A stretch of DNA of 64,000 nucleotides from Lobosporangium transversale (lineage: Eukaryota): positions 496,001-560,000 of the forward strand of contig NW_019028990.1 in the NCBI RefSeq assembly GCF_002105155.1. The letters are read 5' to 3'. Below, in pieces: positions 39,601 to 53,353 of the stretch (the first letter of the stretch is position 1; the number at the start of each line of letters is the position of its first letter). Made by a program: the position numbers and the translations under genes. The notes under the pieces were generated by a model. That model was not told where the DNA came from and searched no databases. It saw nothing but the letters and a program-made list of their open reading frames with translations.

Positions 39601-40744
39601 CTTATATTTCCCATTATCACCGTATTCTTTAGTTTTATCATATACTCCCCAAATCGCAATTGACATCAAATTACTTTACTCAACGCTCAACGTGCTCTTT
39701 AGCTTTATCATTGGTAAGTAAGGTAGAGAAGGAGAGTAATATAAATATACCCACTACAGTCAAGAATGCAAGAATGCAAGCGTAAATCATTCGATTTCCG
39801 TTTATAGTTAGTCGACTACAATCATTTTTGTGTTGTGTGTGAGAGTATGCGTGTGAGAGTTTTGCGTGTGCGCGACAACACCGGCCACAATATTAGCAAA
39901 ATAGAATGTGAACCCGAATGCATCTCAGATTTACCCATTGGGACCAGATCGAGGGATTTACCCAGAATTGTCTTTTTTTTTTAAGAAAAACCGTGTTCTT
40001 GCTCAGCTATCCATCTACTACATAAACATCGTAAAAACGGTATCCATCCTTTCCTTCCCCTTTCCTCATTTAACTTGCCTCCCCTACCCCCTTTGTCTCA
40101 TGCATCCTTGATTTTTACCTCTTTTTTTTTTTTTTTTTTTTTTTTTACGCATCTGTATCAATGAATCCAATGAGCATATCTCCCTAATTTACACTGAGAG
40201 AAGCATTACGTTCTCACGACATTGGTTTCTTTTTCTTTTTCTTTTTTTTTTTTCTCAATTTCTTTTTTTTTTTTTTTTTTTTTTTCGTATGGGACTTCGG
40301 ATCAACTACTAAAACCAACTATTATTTCCTGCTGATTCTCTCTTAATCCATTTGTCCTTTTATCATCCTGAGCTTGCTGCCTCTCTCTCCCTTCTTTGCG
40401 TATGTTGCACCTTATGAGATCCTCTTGGCTCTTTTCTAAGCAAAGATTTTATCACCCTTTTTTTATTTTTTAAAAATCTGCGTTAAATGAGGAGCGGGGG
40501 GAGGACGGCTGTTGTTTATGGGGTTACATCTGTATGAGTGCGTTTTACCTCCTTGACTTACTCAACAAAAAGAAAAGAACTTCACCATCTAACGTCCGCT
40601 GCTTCTCTTATATATTTTTTTATCTAGAAAGCTTTATTGTGTGTTCGTCATCCCTTTCACTTCCTCTCATAACTTTATCCATAGAACAAACAAACAAACA
40701 AACAAAAAAACCACAGCTATCTATCCTCATCCAAGTATTTGCCT

Positions 40745-41512
40745 ATGCCATTGACTCGACTTTCAACATCTGTTCGCAACCATCACAAAGAACCAGTATC
40801 TTTTGTCGCATCCATGAACACCACGACCTCTTTCACACTCACTGCTGCTGGATTCATTTCGCCCAAGATCAAGTGCCAATGTGACAACAACAAGAAAGAA
40901 TCGTATACGTTCCATTCACGATCAGATTCCCATGTCCGAAACATCACCATTAAGGACCAAACTGGCAGCCAAGTTTGTAAAGTGAAGAGCAAAGGGGAAC
41001 ATCTCTTGGATCTAAATCTCACAACGGAGTCCAAAGACATTAATGTCCAATTCCGAGATATGCTCGCATTCAAGAAGGCTGTTGAGAAGAACAGTGTTCA
41101 TGGCGGGATGGGCAAACAACCCTATGTGCCCCAACCTGGAGATGAGGACGATGAACGGGCTGACCCGCGGTTTGTGCCCGACTTTTCTCTTTCAGACAAC
41201 CAGAATATATGCTGGGCATTTGAATTTGAGGGCCGAATCTATCAATGGACTGCACCGGGCGGTCATAGTATCCATATTCCACCTGGATCCGAGGTCCTTG
41301 TCTGCCATGCGACTGCAACGAACGGACCTCCTACAAAGATCGCAAAGTTCTCAAGCAGCCATGTTGGAGCATCCGATAAACTGTTTATTTCGAATGACTC
41401 AATAGCGAACGTACTTGACAAGAATGGGCTCCAAATCTTACTTTTGACCAGTGTGTTGAGTCTGATGGAAATCATAAATGACAGGAGCCGTGAACTCGTC
41501 GACTTTGAGTAA
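40745..41512 (+). CDS. Hypothetical intronless protein (255 aa), possibly DUF6593/tubby C-terminal-like beta-barrel fold
   Basis: ATG at 40745 (the track's 40739 start is TTG). Beta-strand-rich sequence, WAFEFEGRIYQW, and a hydrophobic terminal helix LQILLLTSVLSLMEII typical of tubby/LURP-like barrels. The fold call is inference. Confidence 0.75.
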   Translation: MPLTRLSTSVRNHHKEPVSFVASMNTTTSFTLTAAGFISPKIKCQCDNNKKESYTFHSRSDSHVRNITIKDQTGSQVCKVKSKGEHLLDLNLTTESKDINVQFRDMLAFKKAVEKNSVHGGMGKQPYVPQPGDEDDERADPRFVPDFSLSDNQNICWAFEFEGRIYQWTAPGGHSIHIPPGSEVLVCHATATNGPPTKIAKFSSSHVGASDKLFISNDSIANVLDKNGLQILLLTSVLSLMEIINDRSRELVDFE

Positions 41513-43014
41513 AAAGAGGGAGGAGAAATCAGCAACAACAACGATAAAAAAAAAAAAAGGAAGGAAATCATTTTTGTACTTGACTTATTGTCTTTCCTTT
41601 TATTTGTAATGTATTATAACTGTTTTCATCCATCCATGGGACCATAATGTTTTATGTTTTATTTCATGTTTTTTATTATGTTGCATGATCTTCATACATG
41701 TATAATGTTCATGTCCACGTCCATGCCCATACCCGCGGCATTTTTTTATGTTTAACCTGATTACTATTATTATTATTATTATTATTATTATTTTCATAAT
41801 ACAATGATTAAAAAAAAAAAAAAAAAAAAAAAAGGGAGAGATTGTCAACAATATAGAGAGGGGAATTTCAGCATGTCCTACTTTATCTTGAAAAGTGTTT
41901 AATATTATTCGCCTCCGGCCACATATCTAGAGTGAGAGGACTTTGGTTACTCATTGACGAGGTAATAAATCTGATGTAGAAGCATAGCTAGGATGCCTAG
42001 ATGTCTAGGTGTCTCTTCAGTGAAAGCGACCATAGGCAAATTAATAGAGTTTGTGTTTCATTACTGCACATCCATTATTGAACGACCAGAACAAAAATAC
42101 AAGAGGCCCAGCATTGCGCGGAAAATGAGATGAGGAACATTTGTGACCCCAACTCAACTTTCCCCTCCCTCTTTCCTCTAAAAAAAAAAAAAAAAAAAAA
42201 ATCAAGTCTTTAATGATACAACGATTGGGTAAAATGCTTGAGGATACCCAGAGGAGGTTAAAATAGCAGTGAAGGGATTATAATTTCTCATTGCTCTCTC
42301 TCAGTTTGTCTGTCAAAGTCATGAAAACTTATAGCATAAAATTTGTTATTGATGAAAGATGCACGGATAAAACTCTTACCGTTTTTTTTTTTCACCTTTC
42401 AAAAGAGGTCTATTTTTAACAAGGGAACACATAGTGCGATACTAATTGGATGTCGGTACGGTAGTGCCCCTTTGAGTTAAGGTCTTGACCTTGACCCTGG
42501 CGATCTTGATTTTTTTTTTTTCCGTTTTTCCTCTCCTTCCAAGAGCAGTGATATGTCAGTAAACTGAGTTTTAGCTTACGGCTGAAGCCAATGGCTTGAG
42601 TTTATAATGCTTCATTTTATTTAATTTATTTTTGCAACCTCTCTAACTCGTATGCCAGATATGTAGCTACCATTACCAAGGAAAAGTACTCTATTTTTTT
42701 TTTTTTTTTTTTTTTTTTAAAGAAGGGAAGGTGGAATATAAACTAGATGAACCCTAAAAGGTATTATCCAGTATAGCATTTCACATATTTTATCCTCACA
42801 AGTATGGAAGTATCAATACGACGAAAGGAATCAGCTAATGAATCATAGGGTACAATTAAGGTTAAAAGTTACTAGGAATGGAAGACGCGAGTCAAAATAC
42901 ATGCAGTATAAATTGTGGCTTGACTAAAGCTGCATACGATCCGCTTCTAAAAAAAAATTGAAGCTTCTTTTTTAAAGTTTAAAGTCATCATCTCACCTCC
43001 ACAGAAAGAATCAC

Positions 43015-43435
43015 ATGATGGCAGACTCTACATCAACTTCCGCAACTACAGGAGCTTCAGTTAACGTCAATGCATCAGAAGTTTCATCAAGGTAACATCA
43101 GTTTTTTTTTATTTTTATTTTTTTTATGAAAAAGAATATCAACTTTGTGAGACAGTTTGATATTACAAAGCGTGTCACAAGAAGGGAACACTATTTTAAT
43201 CTCTCTTGTTTTATTATCTCGTTGCTCAAAACAGTTCAAGCAAGATAGGTACAAATACCAATGACAACCGATTTGTAGATGATGAGACACTCGATCATAA
43301 CGAGGAAAAGGGTAGTGGAAAAGATTTGGATGAGGACGAGCTCTTTGAAGAACTTGAGAATGATGATTACAATATGACAAGCTTTCGTGAGCAAAGAATC
43401 GAAGAGTTAAAGCAGGAGTAAGTGGGTTTCCATGT

Positions 43436-43467
<32 letters not shown>

Positions 43468-44271
43468 GCGAACGACAAAATGACCAGTTACCTAATGTTC
43501 ACGTTGATTAATGAACGGAACTCTGGTATTTTCTTTTTTCTTTTCCTTATAACAGAGTGGAAAGAAGGAAACTAATGATGGAATACGATCATGGTTCATA
43601 TAAGGATATAACAGATGAAAAAGAAGTCATGGATATCTCAACAAAGACAAAGCACTGTGTCATTCATTTTTATCATTCAGATTTCAGACGCTGCATGATT
43701 GTTGACAAGCATCTTGAGGTAAAATAAAGTTCGTTTTAGGAAGGAAGCATATTGATTTGCCAGGACCCCATGACAAAAAAGAATGGGTTGCCCTGTTTAG
43801 CTCACAGTTCTGCTCTCTATATGTATATCTCGATGATGATAACAGACGCTTGCAAAGAAGCACATCAAGACAAAGTTTGTCAAGATTAAAGTCGAAAACG
43901 CGCCTTTCCTCGTGGAAAAACTTCAAGTCAAAGTGCTGCCATGTATCATTGCGTTCACTGATGGCATTGCTGTGGACCGGTAAGAACACTTGCTCTTATC
44001 TTCTTCCTTTCGTCAAAAAGTAAAAAAAAAACTCTTTTCATCAATCATCTTACTTTTTTTTTTTTTTTTTCTGGCCTTTCATTCATTTATTAGCCTTGTT
44101 GGGTTCGATGAGCTTGGAAACACGGATAATTTTTCTACATCGATGTTGGAGCTTCGATACAAGACAGCGGGCGTGATTGAGGATGATAGTAAAAAGGATT
44201 CTAAGAAGATGAAGAAAAAGTCAATCTTTGGTCGGGATTATGGGTCGGACGAAGGAACAGATGATGAATAA
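43015..44271 (+). CDS. PLP1: Phosducin-like thioredoxin-fold protein (Plp1/TXNDC9 type)
   Basis: Exons 43015-43091, 43235-43417, 43556-43718, 43846-43979 and 44094-44271. Motifs DEDELFEELE...FREQRIEELK, HGSY, VIHFYHSDFRRCMIVDKHLE, NAPFLVEKLQVKVLP and LVGFDELGNTDNF. Confidence 0.92.
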
Positions 44272-44869
44272 TAGTAATAATCATAATTATAATTATAATA
44301 ATAAAATACGAAATTTCACTCGCGTTCCCTATATATTGTCAACGGTCTAGATTCTTTTTTTTTTTTTTTTTTTTTTTTTTTCTTAAAAAAAAGATTATAA
44401 GTAATAATACTAAAAAAGATAAACACATTCTTCGCCCGTTTTTAATAAAATATCTATTTAACAAATATAAAATTAGACAATGGTTCGTCAGCCTTCAGGT
44501 GTTATTATTATTATTTTAATAAATTGTGAATTATATGTTTTTGTTGTATATTTATTTTTATTTCTAAAAGGGAAGAAGCAAAATATAATAAAATAAAACG
44601 AAACCGTTTATGCTGAATAAAAAAAAAAACACAGACGTGTTGTACAAGTTTGTGCATCAAAGGTGTTGATCATCCTTATTTACCTTCGCTCTTGGTTGAA
44701 AACAATTTCCTCCGCTCATTGTTTATCTCACTTGCGATGCATAGCAACTAAACATCTTGTAATGAGGTTAAATGATGAATAGGTTAATAATACAAAAAAA
44801 AAAAAAAAAAAAAAAAAAACAGCAGATGCAAATGTAGAATCAAAATAAAAATAAAATTGATGAGAATGC

Positions 44870-45065
44870 GTGAAAGAAACAAAACAAAGCAAAGCAAGGC
44901 AAAGTAAGGCAAAGCAAAGACAGAAACGAAAGGAAATAAAAAATAAAAAATAAAAAAAAGAGAGAGCAAGAGTAAGAGCAGGAGCAAGAGCAGGAGCTAG
45001 AGCAAGAGCAAAAAATAAAAAAGGCAAAAACCGAAAACAAAAGGCTGAACAAAACAACAACAAAA
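44870..45065. repeat. Compound purine-rich microsatellite ((GCAAA)n, (AAAAAAT)n, (GAGCAA/GAGCAG)n)
   Basis: Read directly from the sequence. It produces the spurious F/L/A-rich ORFs at 44728-45120. Confidence 0.7.
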
Positions 45066-45226
45066 ATATAAGCATTGCAGCTAGGGTAAGGATGGGGATC
45101 CTGTCTCCATATTGGTCCACGCTTTTTTTTTATTTTTTATTTTTTTTTTTTTTATTAAAAAGAATGGAATGAAAAATAGAAATAGAGTGAATCATGGAGA
45201 CTAAAGCGAAACATCAACGAATGCTC

Positions 45227-45257
<31 letters not shown>

Positions 45258-47291
45258 TGGAACAGGTATCTCTCCACAAGTGATGATCTCCATGACTTAG
45301 CCTTTTCTTTTCTTTTTCTTCTTTTTACACGTTCTTTCTTTCTAATCTAACCAGTTTATGAATTCAGCACATGAACAAAAGGGAGGCAATGCGCGTGGCA
45401 ACATCTTTTATTTTGTTTTTGTTTTTGTTTCTGGCTTTGTTGCAATTGCTGTTGTATTTGTCGTTAAGAGGAAGATCCGAAAACCAACGAGGCCGCATTC
45501 TGCATGTTGATCCTAAAAAAGAGGAAACAGATGAATAAATAAATAAACAAACAAAGGGCGAGGTTGGTTCACCCACATGGTTACTTATTCAATGACGCGA
45601 ATTGGCCTGGAGCGTTACAGATCAGGCTATATAACGTTTGTGTATTTGTCACTGTAACGTGCAGGAAAAAGAGGAGCGAACACTTGTTTTACAGATTTGT
45701 GTAGCAGATTTTCTTGTTTAAGATGGATGTGCATTTAAAAAATAAAAATAAAAACTTTGATCCATTTGGAGGCTTGAACTTTATTTTTTTTATTATTTTG
45801 TTTCCTAAACTCAGCAGCAGAAAATGGTTTTTAAGAACAAAGGGGAAGAAACTTCTAACGATGGCACATGTTTGTTCATAAGGTGCAGATACTTTTACAT
45901 GTCCATATACTTATTGATCCCAAAGCCCGGCCTGCATGTTTGATTATGTTTTGAAAACATTCATCAAAGACCAAGGCGTTAAGCAACGTTCAAGTTTCAA
46001 AAAACCACCCTTGCTTTGATATTTGTTGATCTACACTAGGTCACGCCATGTGTAATGCAGGATCAGTTGCCTTCCCTTGTGGGGCTGTATATCCATGGAG
46101 GAGGAGAGAGGGACGCTGAAGTTGTAAGTTATGACGAAGCTATCAATTGTTTTCTGTCTTTGGGCGTTTTTTTTCTTAAGGACCCAAGACCCCTGCAGAA
46201 GTTTGAACGTGGTCATGCTGCCTTCATTGGTTCATTGGGCAAACTTAGGGTCTAGACTTGACAGAACATGCGCATTGTTTTGCTCAACTCTCCACGGCGC
46301 AGAGCACGTTCATGTGTATACAATTCCCCTCTATTCTTCTCCCTCCAAAAATATGTATTTTTGAATTGGAGATAGCCATGTATGGACATATCGACAGCTC
46401 GACCTTTTTTTTTTGTGTCACCAAAAGGACCAAAACGAAGGAAACTCTTCTCAATTTGAGTTGCATGAATGATTTTGAGCCTAGTCTAGCATAACGAGGC
46501 AAACGAGGGTCACTATGATGCATAAACTTTTTCTCACTTTCTCCCCTTTTTTATTTGCCGTGCTCTTGCACCAACCTCTATTTTCTTGATTAGAGAAAAG
46601 ATCGGCAATCAATTTTCATATTTTTATACGACCTACTCGACTTGCTTTTCCCATACGCTCACTGGCCACTATCTTAGAAGGCTCAAGTGAAAGAAACGCA
46701 TTAAAAATACTAAAATACAAATGCAGCACCATCAGGAGGAAAAAAAAAAAAAAAAAAAAAAGATGGAGGTAAAGGAGATAAATAAATCAAAAGGTCTGAT
46801 TACTATGGAAAGGCAATGAGCTCTGTCATGAGAACCCTATCAGCCGTAGCATCATCATGAGAATATCAAGGCATGTTTCTAGGGGCAACTGAATGCAATA
46901 AAAGATAAAAGTTAACCTGCACCTTCCTCTTTTCAACTATTGCAAAATAGAAGGACATGGTAGAAATAAGGAGAAAGAAACAAGGCACATTATTCCATCT
47001 ACTCTTTGCTCGGTATCAGCATGAGCATGCATGTAGCTCCGCCAATGCGGATCGTTTGTTTGTTGCACAAATGTTCCTAATTTGGCTTTCAATTGAAAAT
47101 TTCACTCTTTTTTTATTTGCACCCTCTTTTTTTATTTGCATGCTACGTGAAGACCCAGACCAACATTTCTTTTTGGATCCTTATTGGTCCATTTTACATC
47201 TTTTTCTTTTTTTTTTACCTTTATGCTATTCGAGATTTTACTCTTGGATAATATCAAGCCCTTGCTTGTGCCAAAAACATTGTATATACTG

Positions 47292-47322
<31 letters not shown>

Positions 47323-49541
47323 TCCTAGTTTTCTTGAAATTGTTAAGGTTGTTAAGCAAAGGATATTCTAAGATTGCGAGGGCTATTGCAACCATCATGA
47401 GAAAAAAAAGTAATAATAAAATAAAATGGACTATACATGTTGGATCATCTTCGTTAACATTATTTCGGGCTTTGATGAGCTGTATACTCTGTCGATCAGC
47501 TGCAAAAGCGGTTTAAGGTTGTACGACATTTAAAAAAAAAGGGTAAAATGTACTACTACACATGTACACATAAAACTTTCGTCGTGAGGTGTATGCCAAG
47601 CATTCCTTGGATCAATCCTATTGCGGACATGACTCTACTACCCGACCATCATTCCTCAGCTCTTCTTCTCATTCAACTTTTATTACAATTATAGAAGATA
47701 TACTGCTGCTATATATTGTTTTAGTTGAAGAAAGGAAGAAAGAAGAAAATTACCGCCAGTTTCCATTACCAAAATCCTATTTTATAGAGTACCATATTCA
47801 ATGTATGCGATACAAGTATATGTGCCTCTTTCTTCCTATTGATTAATATTAATTGAAGTCCCTATTAAAGTGGCACCACTGCTGTATATGACTCGTCCTA
47901 TCGCTTGATATACACCAAAAAAAAAAAAAAAAAAAAAAAAAGATAATAATAAAACGGCACATGTCTAATCCTTTTGTTAACATATTAAGTAGTGTTTAGT
48001 GTCCAAAGTCTTTCAAATCATTAAAGTCTTAATTAAAGGCTTGAACAAATGAAAAACTGTTATGCATGGGCCATGAGCAGGGAATGGAGTTTGATGATTG
48101 ATAGCAACCCGCTATTATGAAGGATATAAAATAAAATAACAAAAATAAACAAGGAGAGGAAGGGCCTAGATGTAAGGTTCGAAGTCTCTTATTAACTCTT
48201 GTCTGCAGCTGATCAGTTACTCTACTACATTAAACCGTTCTTTTTAATGGGATATATAAGCGTACATTAAGGCGAAGGCCATTAAGAAGTGAAAATTATG
48301 CCTCGGTGGCTAGTCGTTAACATGACCTGGTTTGTATAGAAGAGATGAATGCATTTACTCTCTGTTTTGACTCTATAAAGATGATCATGTTGCTCATGAT
48401 TTCTTTTTTTTTTTTTTTTTTTTGACACAGCACTGATCAGGTCCATCTTAATGTTCAACATTGCATGTACTTTTCTATGCTTTTTTTTTGGGATAGGAAA
48501 CAAAATTTAGTGCACAAGCAATGCTCTTTTGTTTAACCTCAGACTGAGAGCGGTTTGAGGGTAGCATAAGTATACATATACAATGCCCTGTCAACAAGAC
48601 GAATGAGTTGTGTCCTATGTTTCAAATATTGATCGACGATCCTATAATACCTTTATTTTATTGAAAAGTAAAGTTAGAATGCCTTTTCTAGTGTTTTAAA
48701 TAAAGACGTTTTATTTGTTTTATCTATTTACTTGCCTATTTCCCTAAATGTTATATTTGTATGACCCCATTCCTAATACCAAAGTATCAACAAGAGGTTT
48801 TAAGACCGTCCTGCACACAGCCCCTACCAGCGAATTGAGGATAAGCTGATAAGCTGTTTAGAGTGCTTAACCCAAACATTCCGCCCCTTTTCTTTCCTAA
48901 ACCTTTTGAAGGCGAGAAGGGTACACACAAGAGAGGAAAGAGAAAAAGGAGGCCTTTCCGTCGTGTGTACACATTCAGTTAAAACAGCCGCCAATTGAAA
49001 AATGGAGCGCACAGTTGAAGGCTAGCCTTAATGTTTTGGTTTCTCTGTCCATTCAGACCCTATAGCTTGGCGAAGCTTTGAAGGACATTAAGGAAGAGAG
49101 GAAAAGAGATTTCCTATGCCGTACTCGAAGCGCAGACGCGCTATTCAGAAATATGAAATGAAGCACTGATGACAAGAGATGCTCTTTTTTTCTATTTCTA
49201 CGATTCTGCTGATGCTTTTGTCCTTCCCTTTCAGGTGTATTTTGTGAGGATTGGGTGTTTGTTTATGTGCCGCCTCCCCCTCATTTTTGCTTGTTTTGCT
49301 TGCATCTTGTCGTGCTTGTGCTCTCGAGGCTACAAACATGCAAAAAGATAACATATAAAAAGAAGGAAAAAAAAAAGAAGTGAGACTTTACCCACATTTC
49401 TTTTTCTTTTTTTTTTATCTTCATTACTCCAGACATCTCCACAAAAGTTGCACAACCACTATTTGCCTTATTAACTTATATATCCACCCACAATATATAT
49501 TAGTGGTCTTTTCATCTTCCACGTCGTTTTGCAAAAGCCCT

Positions 49542-51119
49542 ATGGTTTATAATATGCAACCAGCGGCTGTTATAGAGCGCCAGTGTGCTTACTCTTCGAT
49601 TTGCACCTCCTCCACCTCTGCCTCCACTTCCACATCCACCTCTATCACCTCCACCTCCACCTCCACCTCCACCACCACTACAACAACAACAACAACAACC
49701 GCACCAATAAAAAAAATCCCACGCCCCCCCAACAGCTTCATTCTATATAGAAAGGAAAAATCGCAGGAGTACCGAAACTGTACTGCTGCAAAACTTTCAC
49801 GAATATTGGGTGCACGATGGAAAAAAGAGAAGCCGGAAATAAAGGCGCACTTCGCTCAGCGAGCCAAAGATGAAGAAGAAAAACATGCCATAGAACACCC
49901 AGACTACAAGTTCCAACCAGCCAAGCGAGGCACAGGGAAGCTTGCTAAGGCACGTCAAAATGCTGCCCTAGAGGCGAAGAAGGCCTCGACAACATCTCAA
50001 TGGGACAGGAATAGTAATCGCCATAATACTTCCCCATATCAGAAATACCCCTTTATTGCCAGTAAGAGTAGCGATGGCCGCAGCAATGCAAATCCACCTA
50101 GAATGATACCTGCGCATCGATCACAAGAGCCAAACAAAGTCAATGTCAAACATGAGGAGACCCCCAATTCACTTAAAGCATCCCCATCCTTATATTTCTT
50201 GGGGCCTTATGGTCCACATCAAGCAGCTTCAATTGCGAGTGAGAACAATGCTTCATATTCAAGTTCCCACTCTCACTACCATACAATGAACCATTCATAT
50301 CAATGGCAAAAGCCCAACACATTCACGTCTCCCATGCCCAGAAATGACGCCATTTCACAACTACCAAGGCAATCTAGTTTAGCACCAGCGATAGGGGCAG
50401 GGGAGGAGCTATTCTCGTTGACTCAACTATTGAACAATGTTAATATCACTACTGCAGTGAACATGCATCTTCCCAGTGAGATGCGTCAATCAAGTAACGG
50501 TCTTGGCACGTTGATGCCGCTATCAATGGCAGGCTTCCAACCATCAACTGCAGCCCCAGGTCCATACCCCATTTCAACGCCACTTGAATCCATAACTGCG
50601 GACATTACGCACCTACAACACCTGTTAGACATGGCTGTTTCAGTACCATGCCCTGATATCATTCCAAGTCAGAGTCCAGTACCTAGTGCAGGCCATCAAC
50701 CACCAATGCTGCAATCATTACCTTCGCCTTCGCCTCTATCTTCGCCCTTCTCGCCATCGTTAGCAGCAAGGGCGAAGTTTCGCAGCCAAGGCCCTTTATC
50801 ATCTCCAGGCCCCTTCACGCCCTTAGGCACTACGATGCAGTCCTTCTCTAATCCAGCAGCTATATCCTTTGGCTTAGATAGTCCTCATAAGATAGCTGGG
50901 CCTGATTCAGTTACGAAGCAAGAGCCTGCTGTCATGAAAATTGAGTCCTTCTTCACACCAGCCAGTGCAGCTGAAATGAGGCAGGAGTACCCTTTCCCAC
51001 ACACCCCAACACCTACATCTTTATTAGCATCAATGGAGCAAGACATGTTGCCAATGCTCTCTACATGTTCATCATTTGCACCAACAATATCACCTATGTA
51101 TTTGCTAAGCCAAGCTTTT

Positions 51120-51125
<6 letters not shown>
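49542..51125 (+). CDS. MATA_HMG/SOX-TCF-type HMG-box transcription factor
   Basis: ATG at 49542 (the track start is GTG). HMG box KIPRPPNSFILYRKEK...LSRILGARWKKE...HAIEHPDYKFQP, preceded by an S/T microsatellite-encoded tract and followed by a long P/S-rich tail. Intronless. Confidence 0.92.
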
Positions 51126-51158
<33 letters not shown>

Positions 51159-51526
51159 AGTGTATTATATTTTTTGGTTCAAGGCCCCAAAGACAATGTA
51201 GAAGAAAAAAAAAAGAGCTACTTATTCGAGTTAAAATAAATTAATAGCAGGACTTTGATAAATATTATATCTTTAATTTTCTACATCAATCAGAGAGTCA
51301 AGTATGTCGCTCTTTTTGGTTAGTCCTTTTCAATTATAAGAATTTTGTTAAGTAAACCATTTATATTTGAAAAGATCTAACCAAAGAGAGCGACAAGCTT
51401 GACTCTCTGGTTTCAAGCCTAGTAATTTCTTTTATTTTCTTTAACAGCTACTAGGCATGGAGCGATGCATTTGTTGGTAAGTATCAACCAACGTCATGGT
51501 TATCAAAACTTGTGGGGCAAAAATAT

Positions 51527-51561
<35 letters not shown>

Positions 51562-52471
51562 TTGGGGTCACATTCGATCTTCTGAAGTGATTTGATAACG
51601 CGCTTGGCTTTTCTTCTTTTTCTTGGGGATACAGCTCTGTTCGCTTTGATGAGAATACGCGACTTTTCCCAAGACAGACGTCCCATATAGATCCTTTTCT
51701 TGTATTCAGCATCTTTTCCCATAGAGCGGTAAGTTTGTTTAGAAAAGGCTAAAACATCGATTACAGCTCCTTCCCCTGCAGTCCAAGGTCTAAACCTTAG
51801 ACAGCCCTATTCCTTTACCAACCGGTCGGAAAGCATGGCTGAATAAAGGTATGGCTATTTTAAATAAAAAAAATGTCTTTGTAGTGTGAATAGAAGATAT
51901 AAGCAACAAAAGATATAATAACGTGGAGAATCAACGAAAGCCGTATTCATGAAAAGGTAAAAATGCGTATATGGTATAATAAAACTTACAAGCTCTTCAA
52001 GGTTACTGTTATATCTGCTTATTGCATTTTTAGTAGTTAAGTTGGATATCTAGGAAAAAGGATATCAAGGATGTGGGCAACTTCTTCGCCCTGGCCTAGG
52101 CTAGGGCAAGCATTAATGACCGCCTCAAATACATCATTCGCCAATGTATTGACAAAAACATCTACGTGTGGTCGAATCTGCAAAATGCCATCACAAGGAT
52201 TTTTCCCTTGAGAATCAAGCTATTAAAATGTAATTAGTATGTCACAGCCCCCTCAGTTGCCGGTTTCTCTCAACGATTGGTAAGGCTATTTTTGAGTGCA
52301 GGGGATCACATTTTCAATCATTTATTAGTTTGGTCATGGCTCTACTACACTACATTTACAGCTGTATGAAATTTCAACCACATCCGATATTTAACATTCT
52401 TATTTTATTTTATTTTTGCAAAGCATTGAACATCTTTAGGATTTGAAAACCATTATGGCACCATGCTATTT

Positions 52472-52507
<36 letters not shown>

Positions 52508-53353
52508 GTGCTTTAGTATTGATGGTTGAGTACAGTTAAAATGATTGGTGCTTGTTCTAGGAGATATGTTGCTGGGATGCGTAGACGCAGATAGAGTTGT
52601 GCCTTATACGCACAGTTTGCTTGTCCCCTCAGAAAACCCATTCTACCAGGAAATTTCCGCTATGGTCCCCTAACATGTATGTACTTCATCGTGACGGGCG
52701 GGACGACATAGCTATCTCTTGTTTTGCAGAATAACAAGACGAGGAGACCTAGGAGCGCATACTAAAGCCTAGCACTGTTGCTCTACCGTTCTGGCGACCT
52801 CTAGATTCACGACTTTAGCCCATTTCAACACCACCAAGGACAAGGCAAGATCTATGATTAATGATAATCGTTATAAGGGTATACCCGCTGTATTCAGCTT
52901 TTAAAGCGCAGTCATACAAGGCATTGATGTTGGAATACTAAAGAAAAGAAAAAAAGGATGGTCAATTGCGCAATTGATACGTTAGAAAAAAAAAGTTATA
53001 AAATGGCTTGGACAATTCTATTCCTATGCAATCTTTCTAGGAAGGCGAAGCAGGTAGCAAGCAAGATTTTTACAAGATTTATTCTATCACCACAATTCGA
53101 AGCCATTTGACTCATCGCACAGCAGCATCAGATATATATGCATTTTATTGATTGCTAGATACTTCATTGATTTTACTATTTGTACTAATAAGTGATGTGG
53201 ATGGAGGATGGTACATGATAATATACAGTCTTTTCTTTGATATGCAAATGCGTGATGACAATCTGTAAAGTAGGGTTAGTTGACCTTCTTCTACTGTCAT
53301 CCTCCATAAACCCTTCCTTTCCAAGTTCCTTTCTTTCTTCTGTTTTGCGCTCT

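Noticed and set aside
44728..45120. Hydrophobic 130-aa ORF and overlapping ORFs
   Set aside because: Translations of microsatellite and poly(T) sequence; non-ATG start.
48170..48195. GGTTCGAA, similar to a tRNA T-loop/B-box
   Set aside because: No T-stem, acceptor stem or cloverleaf can be built.
51123..51155. Poly(A) immediately after the stop of the intronless HMG gene, suggesting a retrogene
   Set aside because: Equivalent A/T tracts occur about every kilobase in this window, there is no 3' UTR before the tract, and no target-site duplication is visible.
51760..51800. TTCCCCTGCA resembling part of U6 snRNA
   Set aside because: No ACAGAGA box or other U6 sequence nearby.
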